Part shown: piece by piece, positions 1 through 7,782 of the stretch
Layout: each line of letters starts with the position of its first letter
Position numbering within the stretch: the stretch's first letter is position 1
Source of the DNA: Oligoflexales bacterium
GTDB taxonomy: Bacteria > Bdellovibrionota_B > Oligoflexia > Oligoflexales > CAIYRB01
DNA: 16,116 nucleotides
Direction of reading: 5' to 3'
NCBI GenBank assembly: GCA_041736175.1
Contig: JBGSUI010000232.1
Span: 1 to 16,116, forward strand
Translations under genes and position numbers: made by a program
Notes under the pieces: generated by a model
Database searches by the model: none
What the model was told of the DNA's origin: nothing
What the model saw: only the letters and a program-made list of their open reading frames with translations

Positions 1-129
1 ATGAAAATGCTTCGATCCGCTATCGCGAAAATCAATGAGATGAAAATCATAGGAGATCAAGAACGAGTTTATAAATTTGAAATAGATGATAAAAAAGTCT
101 CAGAAAAAGAGAAAATTTATTCCAATTAG
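1..129 (+). CDS. Probable 3' end of an upstream gene (or 42-aa ORF), unknown function
   Basis: Open frame from base 1 (MKMLRSAIAKINEMKIIGDQERVYKFEIDDKKVSEKEKIYSN) to TAG at 127-129; AT-rich and K/E/I-rich; no recognisable motif; may extend beyond the window edge. Confidence 0.4.
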   Translation: MKMLRSAIAKINEMKIIGDQERVYKFEIDDKKVSEKEKIYSN

Positions 130-223
130 ACGAAAGTCATATAATATCTCAAATCTTCGGCTTTTTTTCTCTCAAAAAATCGCCAGTGGTGCGGGACATC
201 TCAGCTTCTGACAAACCTGTCAT

Positions 224-246
224 CAAGCCCCTTTTAGTGGGGCTTG
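224..246. other. GC-rich hairpin (terminator-like or regulatory)
   Basis: CAAGCCCC-ttttagt-GGGGCTTG, a perfect 8-bp stem. An adjacent TGACA-aacc-TGTCA repeat lies at 209-222. No strong U-tract. Confidence 0.35.
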
Positions 247-365
247 TGGCCGATGGTATGGATCTTGAATGGTAGATAAAAGATCTTAGTTTAAAAAATG
301 TTATTCGCATTTCGCTGAGTGGGACGACTTCATTAAATTCATTCTAGATAAAACGGGAGATAGCC

Positions 366-602
366 ATGAAGACCATAGAAAATTTCTTGCGAAAAGGTCG
401 ATCTGAATTAGTCGCAATCCTAGCGTCTCTGTTGTTCATCACGAACTGTACCATCCCCGGTCGCGGTCATTCTGGATCCCGGGTCGCGGTAGACGGCAAG
501 GTCCGAGACTTAGTCGATTGCAGCCTTTCCACTTTCCGTGTGAACGGACAAGACCTGACGAAGGGCAAAATGCTCGGTAAAGGGGTTGATGGAGGGCTTT
601 GA
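366..602 (+). CDS. N-terminal part of a split protein-kinase-like gene (lipoprotein-like signal plus kinase Gly-rich loop)
   Basis: RBS GGGAGA upstream of ATG 366; basic N-terminus, hydrophobic stretch LVAILASLLFI and ITNC lipobox-like Cys; ends in LGKGVDG (GxGxxG) just before the TGA. Confidence 0.6.
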   Translation: MKTIENFLRKGRSELVAILASLLFITNCTIPGRGHSGSRVAVDGKVRDLVDCSLSTFRVNGQDLTKGKMLGKGVDGGL

Positions 603-1233
603 ACTCCTCAAAGAGGGGAAACCAGACTACGACTGGGTCTTAAAAACAGTGAGTAGCGAATATCGCCCCCATGTGACTCAGATTATAAGCCAGGAACGCT
701 ATATGGCAGAAGTGTTACCGAAGTATTTCACGCCAATTCAATATACTAAAGTCATCAGGTCACAAAATAAATTTGTGGGCATGCTGCTCAAGAAACGTGT
801 GAATGGCTCCACTCTATCCGATGTGGCCAATGGCCGTGTCAAAGATTTGGAGCGAGACTATGCCACAATCTCGGAAGCCTTCAGGGTTTTCCGCAGTGGT
901 TTTATCGAGGAAATCAGCCAGCTCGCCGAGGAAGAGATTTATATCGGGGATTTTCATGCAGCCAATATCATGTACGATCACTTGGAAAAACGCTGGTATA
1001 TGATTGATGGTTTATTTTATTCATACTGGCGGGGTTTTATGAGTGCAATAGATCACTCAAACATCCCGGCCAATCAAGCGACTCACCTTCCGGACGTCTG
1101 GAATCACATTTCGAAATTTCCGAATGGTCCTCCTAAGGACGAACCAGCACGGGGCCAATTTTTCCAAAAATATGCTTATATTTACTTTCAACCCTATTAT
1201 GACTCCCTACGCTCCAAAGCGAATGCACAATGA
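586..1233 (+). CDS. Protein-kinase-like (PKL fold) catalytic domain lacking its Gly-rich loop; continues 366..602 in the +1 frame
   Basis: WVLK (VAIK-type Lys), alphaC-like QE, hinge LLKKRVNGSTL, catalytic loop IGDFHAANIM (D..N) and WYMIDG (DFG equivalent), in canonical order. Confidence 0.75.
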   Translation: MMEGFELLKEGKPDYDWVLKTVSSEYRPHVTQIISQERYMAEVLPKYFTPIQYTKVIRSQNKFVGMLLKKRVNGSTLSDVANGRVKDLERDYATISEAFRVFRSGFIEEISQLAEEEIYIGDFHAANIMYDHLEKRWYMIDGLFYSYWRGFMSAIDHSNIPANQATHLPDVWNHISKFPNGPPKDEPARGQFFQKYAYIYFQPYYDSLRSKANAQ

Positions 1234-1329
1234 CGCCGCCCCGAAAAACTAACAGTCGCCATAGATATCTATAGCTAAATCAAAAGTACATCAGACTCCC
1301 AATACGGCAACTTATAATTTCGCAGGTCC

Positions 1330-2475
1330 TTAAATCGTTTTTTTGAGTCCATTCGGTGGGTATTGGATCGAAAAAGGGGAGGCGTTCATATTGTCGATGT
1401 CCTGGCGGCTATCTAGAGAATTAGATTTAGGGAGCGGATATTGAATGGATTCCATAATCCCAGGGAGAAATTGTTTCCAATAGGATTCTATTTTTTTGGG
1501 GTCCGTGGACTCCAACTCCAAGGTGATCGTAGGGATCAGTCTTTCGTGGCCAGCATAATTTCCCAAAGATCCTGGATAAAACCTAAAGTCAACAACCCGG
1601 TAGTTACGGGATTTTTGAGAGACTGCAAGTACCAACTCCTGGGCTTTTTTATCAAAGTCGCTTATCGCTCCCGGACGTTCACCATCTCCGGGGCCATCGT
1701 AATCTAAAAATCCTAAGGGGGCATGGATCGACATGATCTTTTGTGGTTTAAAGGTGTCGATCAGCTGTATCTGAAAGATCGTTTCAATCTCAGAGTTAGG
1801 GATGTGTCCCGGAAAATGGCTGGCGATTTTTTTACGTCGTTCGTCCCAAAGGGCATGGGCTTTTTCAAACCAATCAAGGGTAAAAAAGTTTCGGTTGAGG
1901 TCGACTCCGTTGGCGTTGATCCGAGCTGGTATCTTCTTAAAGAATCCATCTGGATTTACTAAAGGTGCAATGATGACTTTTGAGTTTGCCGGCAAGGCTT
2001 TTGGATTGTCATGCAAATACCTCGCAAACCGAAAGGCTATCGGGATCGGCGTGATCTCGTCGGGATGGACACCCCCCAAAAGAAGCGTCACGATGGGGCC
2101 TTCGCCAAAGGAGGCATAGAGGAGTGGGTTGTCTTTTGAGGTCTTTAAGGAGGTCTGCCAAGGGACAGGACCGCAGGGGTCTTTGTCCCAAGGGTATTGG
2201 GAGTATCGCTTGTTAAGGTTTTGGCAAAAAAGTTTGATGGAGGCCGACTGGGTCTGCTCCGAGATCAGAAATGACGAAAAGTTATGTGGAGAGACAAAAG
2301 GAATAAAGTCTCCAAGACTCTTGTGGAGTTGGGGAAACTCTTTGATGCCGGCTATAGCCATTTGATTTGGAAGGATTGCGGCGGTCAGGAACAACACCAC
2401 GGCTTTCAGGAACGGCCAAACTCTTCTGGTATCGCGTTGCGAACATAGTCTTTGAATTTGCATCACTTTGATCAC
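1330..2475 (-). CDS. M14 family zinc carboxypeptidase (MpaA-like murein peptide amidase), probably exported
   Basis: GGVHPDE (HxxE), PLVNPDG, RINANGVDLNRNF, SIH third Zn ligand, YPGSLGNY and TLELE catalytic Glu; N-terminal hydrophobic segment. Start codon uncertain (GTG 2475 or ATG 2463). Confidence 0.88.
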   Translation of the reverse strand: MIKVMQIQRLCSQRDTRRVWPFLKAVVLFLTAAILPNQMAIAGIKEFPQLHKSLGDFIPFVSPHNFSSFLISEQTQSASIKLFCQNLNKRYSQYPWDKDPCGPVPWQTSLKTSKDNPLLYASFGEGPIVTLLLGGVHPDEITPIPIAFRFARYLHDNPKALPANSKVIIAPLVNPDGFFKKIPARINANGVDLNRNFFTLDWFEKAHALWDERRKKIASHFPGHIPNSEIETIFQIQLIDTFKPQKIMSIHAPLGFLDYDGPGDGERPGAISDFDKKAQELVLAVSQKSRNYRVVDFRFYPGSLGNYAGHERLIPTITLELESTDPKKIESYWKQFLPGIMESIQYPLPKSNSLDSRQDIDNMNASPFSIQYPPNGLKKTI

Positions 2476-2498
2476 CGAATGTGAGAAGCTAAAAAAGA

Positions 2499-3086
2499 TT
2501 AGGCAGCACTATGGGCCATAGGGCTCACAGGGTGAGGTGAACTTGGAACAGGGGCTAAAACCAGCGGGTATTGGACATTCAAATGATCATAACACTGCCC
2601 ACAGTAAATAGAATAAGATGAAACCTGATGCAAGTGCCACCTTCGGTGACACCTCGTACAATGGTAGATAAAGGGAGCCTCCTTTACACAGCAGCTAAGG
2701 GCCGCCATCTCATGGTCCAAAGGGTAACCAGTCCCCTTAAAATCGGCCATTTTCATAAAAAATCGCTCTGTATGGCCGGGATCGAGGTTGCAGTCGTAAA
2801 GCCAAAGGTGGGTGAGTTCGTGAAACAGGGTGTGGGCCAATCGATCTGGAAATTCTCTAAAATATTGGATATTTAGCTGGATTAGGTGGTCAAAAATAAA
2901 GCTGATTCCCAGGGATCTTTTCAGTTTTGGGGTGAATTGGATCTTGACCCTTGAGGACTCTAAAGTCCCTTCCTTGGTCTGGGTAAAAAAAGGCAAGAAT
3001 TCTGCCAAGAGGTGGAGTCCGAGTTGGTTAAGCTTGGATTTTTCCTGGTGGAATCCAACGGGCATATCTGGGAAAACCCCTAACAT
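2499..3086 (-). CDS. SprT-like zinc metalloprotease with C-terminal zinc ribbon
   Basis: TLFHELTH (HExxH), downstream PGHTERF (third His) and CTRC...CGQC zinc ribbon, the typical SprT architecture. Confidence 0.85.
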   Translation of the reverse strand: MLGVFPDMPVGFHQEKSKLNQLGLHLLAEFLPFFTQTKEGTLESSRVKIQFTPKLKRSLGISFIFDHLIQLNIQYFREFPDRLAHTLFHELTHLWLYDCNLDPGHTERFFMKMADFKGTGYPLDHEMAALSCCVKEAPFIYHCTRCHRRWHLHQVSSYSIYCGQCYDHLNVQYPLVLAPVPSSPHPVSPMAHSAA

Positions 3087-3145
3087 ATTGATTTACTTAA
3101 AAAACATTCTTTTAAATGCTTACTACAGACCTCAAAACCAGTGTA

Positions 3146-5458
3146 TCACGGCTTGGCCTCCGAAAACTTCCCCCAAAGTGGCTGGTTTTGATGAAGTCCG
3201 TTCCAAATTTGCTTATTACCCTCACCTAAGGGAAGGGTTTCAAAAAGGTTTTTAAAGGCCGGTCCATTGCCAGAGGTGGAATTTAACTCCCTGAAAATAG
3301 GTTGTAAAAGATCTTGTGCAGCAGCGGAAAAACCTATTTGACCCAGGTGGGTTTGGGCGTTGAGGATATGAGCGATCCTATGTAGCGCCTCTAGGCCCTT
3401 GGCCCTAGTGATTAGAATCGGGAGGGTTCCAGGAGTCATAGCTCCCAAGGGTTCAAGAGGGAGGTCCTCGTCGGATATGGCAAGCTCTCGGTAGGCGAGG
3501 AGCAGGCCTTCCCCACTTACCCGATACCCTAAGCGACGGAGGCGGCAAGCCTCAAACTCCATGCTATAGGCGTTATAGGACCTGGGACGGTCCAAAAGGC
3601 TACCCGGTGGAGCGTTTTTTATAGAGTGACTCAACACCTCTATGACCCCCTGCCCACTGCTGGAGCTTACCTCTTTACCAGAGAAGCTTGGGCCATCGTC
3701 TAATACCCAGAGGAGACGGGACGAACGGCATCCGGACTGATTCAGCGAAAAAAAGTCGCGAAAAATCTTATCAAAGATTTTATTAGTGAGAAGGTCTGAG
3801 GTGAGGTCGGATGCGGTCACAACACTCATGGCCCAACGATGCCCAAACCCTTGGACAGACCTGGGATATGAGCGTTGCAAAGAATCGACGGTGTGATCGG
3901 TTCCGTAAACTAGAATTCTATCGTAGGAAGCTGGGAAACGAGGGTCGAGCCGCAAAGATGGCGGGCAGATTTCCATATCAAATCCCGGCAACAGTCGGGC
4001 GCAGTCTGCTAAAAAAAGATTTAAAAAAGAATGTGTATCGGCAAAGGACCGAGGTAAACGGACCGTAATTTTAAGCCCACAGAGGTAACCGACAAGCAGG
4101 GGATAAACTCCAACTACAGAGTGGTTCTCGGGAAGCAAAAAAAGCCAATGATCGGTCGAATCTTTTGTCCCGCCGCAGGCTTGGTCCATGATCTGAAGCC
4201 AAGGGCCTCGGGAAGAATCGAGATCAGAGTCAGGGAACTGCTTAGGAAATTTGTCGAAAAGATCGTTCCAGCAGAACACGGCTGCTGGTTTGCTGCCAAA
4301 CTCGCGGGTCAATGCTTGTAAAAGGAGGTTTTTCGAACAGCCGCTCAGGAATTTCTGAAGCCCGCGGATCCGTTGGTCCAAGGTCGACTGAGTCCGTAAG
4401 GGGCGCTTTATCTTTAATGCCGGAAGGGGCTTTGGATCTGGGGTAGCAGTGGGTTTGAGGGGGAGCTCGATTTCTTTGACGTTGAGGGAACAACCCTTGA
4501 GGGGGGTCTTTGGCGCCCGCCCTAAGAGTCTAATCGCTCCGTCTGGGCGAAGGTCGACTAGGTCCTCTGTACGTATGGGCCAGGGGAAATCCACGCGATC
4601 GGGGTCCGAAACCATCAGGAGGCCCCGTCCCGAAGAGGCGCATATTCCAGGGACCGTCATCACGGAGGTCTTAACAGAAGGTGAAAACCTCATCCATCGA
4701 GCTTCGGGATCTAAAGTCTCTGTTGTTTTTACGGAATAAGCCTGGCATTGGAGTTCGCACATTCCGTACTCACTGATGATATGGCTCCGGGGCACTTGAA
4801 AGCATTCCATTAATAAAGCTTCGAGCTCATCTTGGGAAACAGAGCGGGATTTTCCCTTGGTTCCTCCGGTTTCAAACACCACACTGCCTCGTGGCAGCGA
4901 AAGACCGGGAAATCCCGCGTCTGCCCGTTGTACATAGTGAAACGCCGTGCCAAAGAGCCAGCAGGGAGTTGTTGGATTTTCTAGGAGGTGTCGGTTCACG
5001 ACCTCTGCGAGTTGGTCCGGTATGCAGTAGGTGACAGGCATCTCCGCGGCGATCCATGCGACCATTTGGGCCAAACTGCTCTCGGGCCATTCTGAGGTTG
5101 TTGGAACCAGGCTAAACCCTTGGACCCTAGGTGTCGTCGGGGTGATCCATTGGTGAAGCGTTGTAGTAAAGGCTGCAAGAGAGTTAGCCTTATATTTAGC
5201 CAAACCTTCCTTTGAAAAAACAGAATGAGATCGGGTGGATGCCGTGGTGCCGCTGGAAAGAAATCCCTTCTCAAGGTCGAGTCCGCGAAAAAGCTGCTGG
5301 ATGAAACCATGGTCGCGAAAGTATTCTATTGGAAGGTAGGGGAGCAGCCGAGGTTCCTGGGATTCGGAGTTTAACGTATATTGGGGAAGGCTATCCACGG
5401 CGTGGTGGAAAACCGATTGTTGGGTGGTTGTGGTTTTGTGAGGATCACGGACTGTCAT
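3146..5458 (-). CDS. Fusion of LuxE-like acyl-protein synthetase (N-terminal) and LuxC-like acyl reductase (C-terminal)
   Basis: N-half has SSGTT, FGTAFH, ETGGTKGKSR, SEYGMCEL, TEDL, LLGRA and LKGCS (LuxE family). A Pro-rich linker follows. C-half has LPENHS, LVYGTDHTV, GFGHRWAMSVV and NQSGCRSSR (LuxC/ALDH-like catalytic Cys). Confidence 0.8.
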   Translation of the reverse strand: MTVRDPHKTTTTQQSVFHHAVDSLPQYTLNSESQEPRLLPYLPIEYFRDHGFIQQLFRGLDLEKGFLSSGTTASTRSHSVFSKEGLAKYKANSLAAFTTTLHQWITPTTPRVQGFSLVPTTSEWPESSLAQMVAWIAAEMPVTYCIPDQLAEVVNRHLLENPTTPCWLFGTAFHYVQRADAGFPGLSLPRGSVVFETGGTKGKSRSVSQDELEALLMECFQVPRSHIISEYGMCELQCQAYSVKTTETLDPEARWMRFSPSVKTSVMTVPGICASSGRGLLMVSDPDRVDFPWPIRTEDLVDLRPDGAIRLLGRAPKTPLKGCSLNVKEIELPLKPTATPDPKPLPALKIKRPLRTQSTLDQRIRGLQKFLSGCSKNLLLQALTREFGSKPAAVFCWNDLFDKFPKQFPDSDLDSSRGPWLQIMDQACGGTKDSTDHWLFLLPENHSVVGVYPLLVGYLCGLKITVRLPRSFADTHSFLNLFLADCARLLPGFDMEICPPSLRLDPRFPASYDRILVYGTDHTVDSLQRSYPRSVQGFGHRWAMSVVTASDLTSDLLTNKIFDKIFRDFFSLNQSGCRSSRLLWVLDDGPSFSGKEVSSSSGQGVIEVLSHSIKNAPPGSLLDRPRSYNAYSMEFEACRLRRLGYRVSGEGLLLAYRELAISDEDLPLEPLGAMTPGTLPILITRAKGLEALHRIAHILNAQTHLGQIGFSAAAQDLLQPIFRELNSTSGNGPAFKNLFETLPLGEGNKQIWNGLHQNQPLWGKFSEAKP

Positions 5459-5561
5459 AGGGTAGGGGCTCCCAAGGTGTCTCTCGAGGTTGGCAGCCTC
5501 AAAATCTCAACCCCCTATAGCCGGAGTCGCATCCTTTGTCTATCAAGGAAACGGATCTTTT

Positions 5562-6407
5562 GTGAACAGTGACTATTTCGTTAAAACCTCTCAATTTGAG
5601 GGCCCGTTGGATCTACTGCTTCACCTGATTCGGGTGCACGAGATCGATGTCTTGGCCATAGACGTTCTTAAGCTGACCAAGGAATATATTCAGTATCTAC
5701 GTCTTTTTGAGTTTGCAGATCTACAGCAAGCCGGCGAATTTATTGAGATGGCCTCGACGCTTATCGAGATTAAAACCCGGATGCTGCTGCCCCAAGAAAA
5801 CGACGACAATCCCGACAGCGAAACAGACGGTGACACCGAAGATCCCCTTAAAAATCTCCAACAAAGGCTCATCGAATACGAACTCTTCCAGAGGGCAGCA
5901 CAGCATTTTAGCCAAATGCCCCAGGTTGGAGTCGATATCCAAACCAACCAGGAATGGCAAAGGATGGAGCCACTTTTTTCGCATATCGAAGCGCCCATCA
6001 AGGGAGACGCTCCGACTCTAATAGTTCTTTATGAACAGATGCTAAAATCCCTTGCCGAAAGAAAAAGCGGCAAAGTCAACCTTAAGATAAACCGGATTTC
6101 GGTAGAAGAAACCATTGAAAAGCTCTTTGAAGAGATTCAAACCACTCGGTTTGCGCTGTTTCAGGGTTTATACAACCGTCTAGAGTCCAGGGATGAGCTT
6201 GTGGTTAACACGCTGGCGATGTTAGAGCTAGTCAAAGCCAAAAGGATGCTTGTTTATCAAGCGGAGATGCTAGGGCCTCTCTGGATGTACCGAATGGATT
6301 TTGCAGAGTCTGAACTTCCACTACACCAAGCTGGACTCGCCGAACAAGTCTGGACACTCGAAGAGAGCGGTGCGGTGGGCGCGCCCATTATACAGGAAAT
6401 CATTTAA
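5562..6407 (+). CDS. scpA: Segregation and condensation protein A (kleisin)
   Basis: FEGPLDLLLHLI, EFIEMASTLIEIKTRMLLP and C-terminal LAMLELVK motifs. GTG 5562 is preferred (AAGGA upstream) over TTG 5490, but the start is uncertain. Confidence 0.93.
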   Translation: MNSDYFVKTSQFEGPLDLLLHLIRVHEIDVLAIDVLKLTKEYIQYLRLFEFADLQQAGEFIEMASTLIEIKTRMLLPQENDDNPDSETDGDTEDPLKNLQQRLIEYELFQRAAQHFSQMPQVGVDIQTNQEWQRMEPLFSHIEAPIKGDAPTLIVLYEQMLKSLAERKSGKVNLKINRISVEETIEKLFEEIQTTRFALFQGLYNRLESRDELVVNTLAMLELVKAKRMLVYQAEMLGPLWMYRMDFAESELPLHQAGLAEQVWTLEESGAVGAPIIQEII

Positions 6408-7184
6408 ATGACAGACCAAGACAATCAAACCATATCTGATGTCCCTAGAGATCAAGAGCAGAATCTCGAAGGGGTGTTGGCGGAGACGTCGCAAGATTTA
6501 GATCCAATTGAGCCGAAGCGTCTTGAGGCCCAGGTGGAGGCGGTGGTCTTTGCCGCTAAGGACCCCCTGAAAATCTCTGAGATCCAAGAGATTTTGGCAG
6601 AATCCGACCTATCGGAGGCCGACCTTCAGAAGGTGTTGGATGATTTGGTAAAACACTATGAGCTGCGCCATGGTGGTTTTAAACTGGTCTATATCAAACG
6701 ACTTGGGTACCAGTTCCAAACCGCCCCCGCGGCTGCTCCTATTATGGAGCGGATGTTTGCATCCAGACCCCGTCCCATCACTCGGGCTGCTCTTGAGACC
6801 TTGGCAATCATCGCCTACCGCCAGCCGGTTACCCGTGCTGAAGTCGAGTTTATTCGGGGGGTTGATGCGGGGTCGATTATCAAAACCCTGATGGAGCGGG
6901 AGTTAATCCGTTGTGTGGGGCGTAAGGAAATCGTAGGGCGCCCTATGTTGTTTGGGACCACAGATGAGTTTCTCAAGGTTTTTAGTCTCGCCAGCGTCAA
7001 GGACTTGCCTCCCTTGGAGTCCTTTCAGCCAGCTCGGGATACGGTCCAAGGAGCCCAAGCCAAAATCGATGAAGGAACCGATCTTGTTGATATTGAAGAT
7101 TATATTGCAGCGGGAACCGAGGGGGTCGAGGCAGAACTAGCCCCTGGTGACGACCTTGAAAGGGTGGAGCCGGAGCAAGGTTGA
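6408..7184 (+). CDS. scpB: Segregation and condensation protein B
   Basis: VEAVVFA, ALETLAIIAYRQPVTRAEVEFIRGV, GRPMLFGTTDEFL and LKDLP-like motifs; directly abuts scpA (TAA-ATG). Confidence 0.96.
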   Translation: MTDQDNQTISDVPRDQEQNLEGVLAETSQDLDPIEPKRLEAQVEAVVFAAKDPLKISEIQEILAESDLSEADLQKVLDDLVKHYELRHGGFKLVYIKRLGYQFQTAPAAAPIMERMFASRPRPITRAALETLAIIAYRQPVTRAEVEFIRGVDAGSIIKTLMERELIRCVGRKEIVGRPMLFGTTDEFLKVFSLASVKDLPPLESFQPARDTVQGAQAKIDEGTDLVDIEDYIAAGTEGVEAELAPGDDLERVEPEQG

Positions 7185-7369
7185 TGCCGACATTGCCCAG
7201 TCAAGGCGTTAACCAATGAGAGTTTTTTTAAGGGCCTTCACCTTTCTTAGTCTTGAAATAAGGCGGGATTGATTTCGTAATAGCTCAAATTTTGCAATAA
7301 TATCATATTATTAAGTTATCTTGTGGATTTGGCTAAAGCAAAATTGAGGAGATGCCGAATAGAGGAAGG

Positions 7370-7390
7370 TGTTGTCAAAGAATGACAACA
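7370..7390. promoter_or_regulatory. Palindromic operator candidate upstream of the XRE gene
   Basis: Perfect TGTTGTCA-aagaa-TGACAACA. It overlaps a TTGTCA -35-like hexamer (7372-7377) spaced 17 nt from a weak TACAAA (7395-7400). RBS AGGAG at 7427-7431. Confidence 0.55.
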
Positions 7391-7437
7391 GTGCTACAAA
7401 TGATAGGGGTGAAGGTCCTCTTTAATAGGAGTAACAG

Positions 7438-7779
7438 ATGGAAAATCTTGGAGAGTTCATAAGGGACTGGCGTATAAATGTCTTAAAGATGTCACTCAGA
7501 GCGTTTTGTTTGAAGCACGGCCAAGACGCTGGCAACTGGAGCAAGATGGAGCGCAATATGAGGGAGGCACCAGAAATTAAAACTTTGGCAGCCATGTTGG
7601 CGATTGCGCCAAATTCTCCGGATTGGGAGAAGCTTCAGGACCTTGTGACAACACATCAAATCAGAAAGCATCTGACAGACGAGGAAATTGTGCAGCGGCT
7701 GCCTGTCGCTCTTAGAGCTACCAAAATGCTGTCTGAGGCGCAGTTGGAGCAACTGAAGATAGATCTGAAAGAGAGTTGA
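7438..7779 (+). CDS. XRE/Cro-C1 family helix-turn-helix regulator
   Basis: LGEFIRDWR...MSLRAFC...DAGNWSKMER matches the XRE HTH pattern; strong RBS; paired with an ImmA/IrrE gene. Confidence 0.85.
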   Translation: MENLGEFIRDWRINVLKMSLRAFCLKHGQDAGNWSKMERNMREAPEIKTLAAMLAIAPNSPDWEKLQDLVTTHQIRKHLTDEEIVQRLPVALRATKMLSEAQLEQLKIDLKES

Positions 7780-7782
7780 TAA

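Noticed and set aside
170..181. 12-bp repeat TCTCAAAAAATC also at 8451-8462
   Set aside because: Low complexity, and several 12-mer matches are expected by chance in 16 kb.
1261..1272. Perfect palindrome ATAGATATCTAT between convergent genes
   Set aside because: Short, AT-rich and loopless; no function can be supported.
3146..5458. Bioluminescence (lux) operon
   Set aside because: No luxA, luxB or luxD in the window; LuxE/LuxC homologues are common in non-luminous bacteria.
7290..7318. Possible dif/Xer site around ATAA-TATCATA-TTATTAAG
   Set aside because: The spacer is 7 nt rather than 6, and the right arm does not match the conserved XerD arm TTATGTTAAAT; better treated as an AT-rich palindrome.
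7231..7419. Retron msr-msd (a1/a2 inverted repeats)
   Set aside because: No reverse transcriptase gene lies in the cassette or the window.
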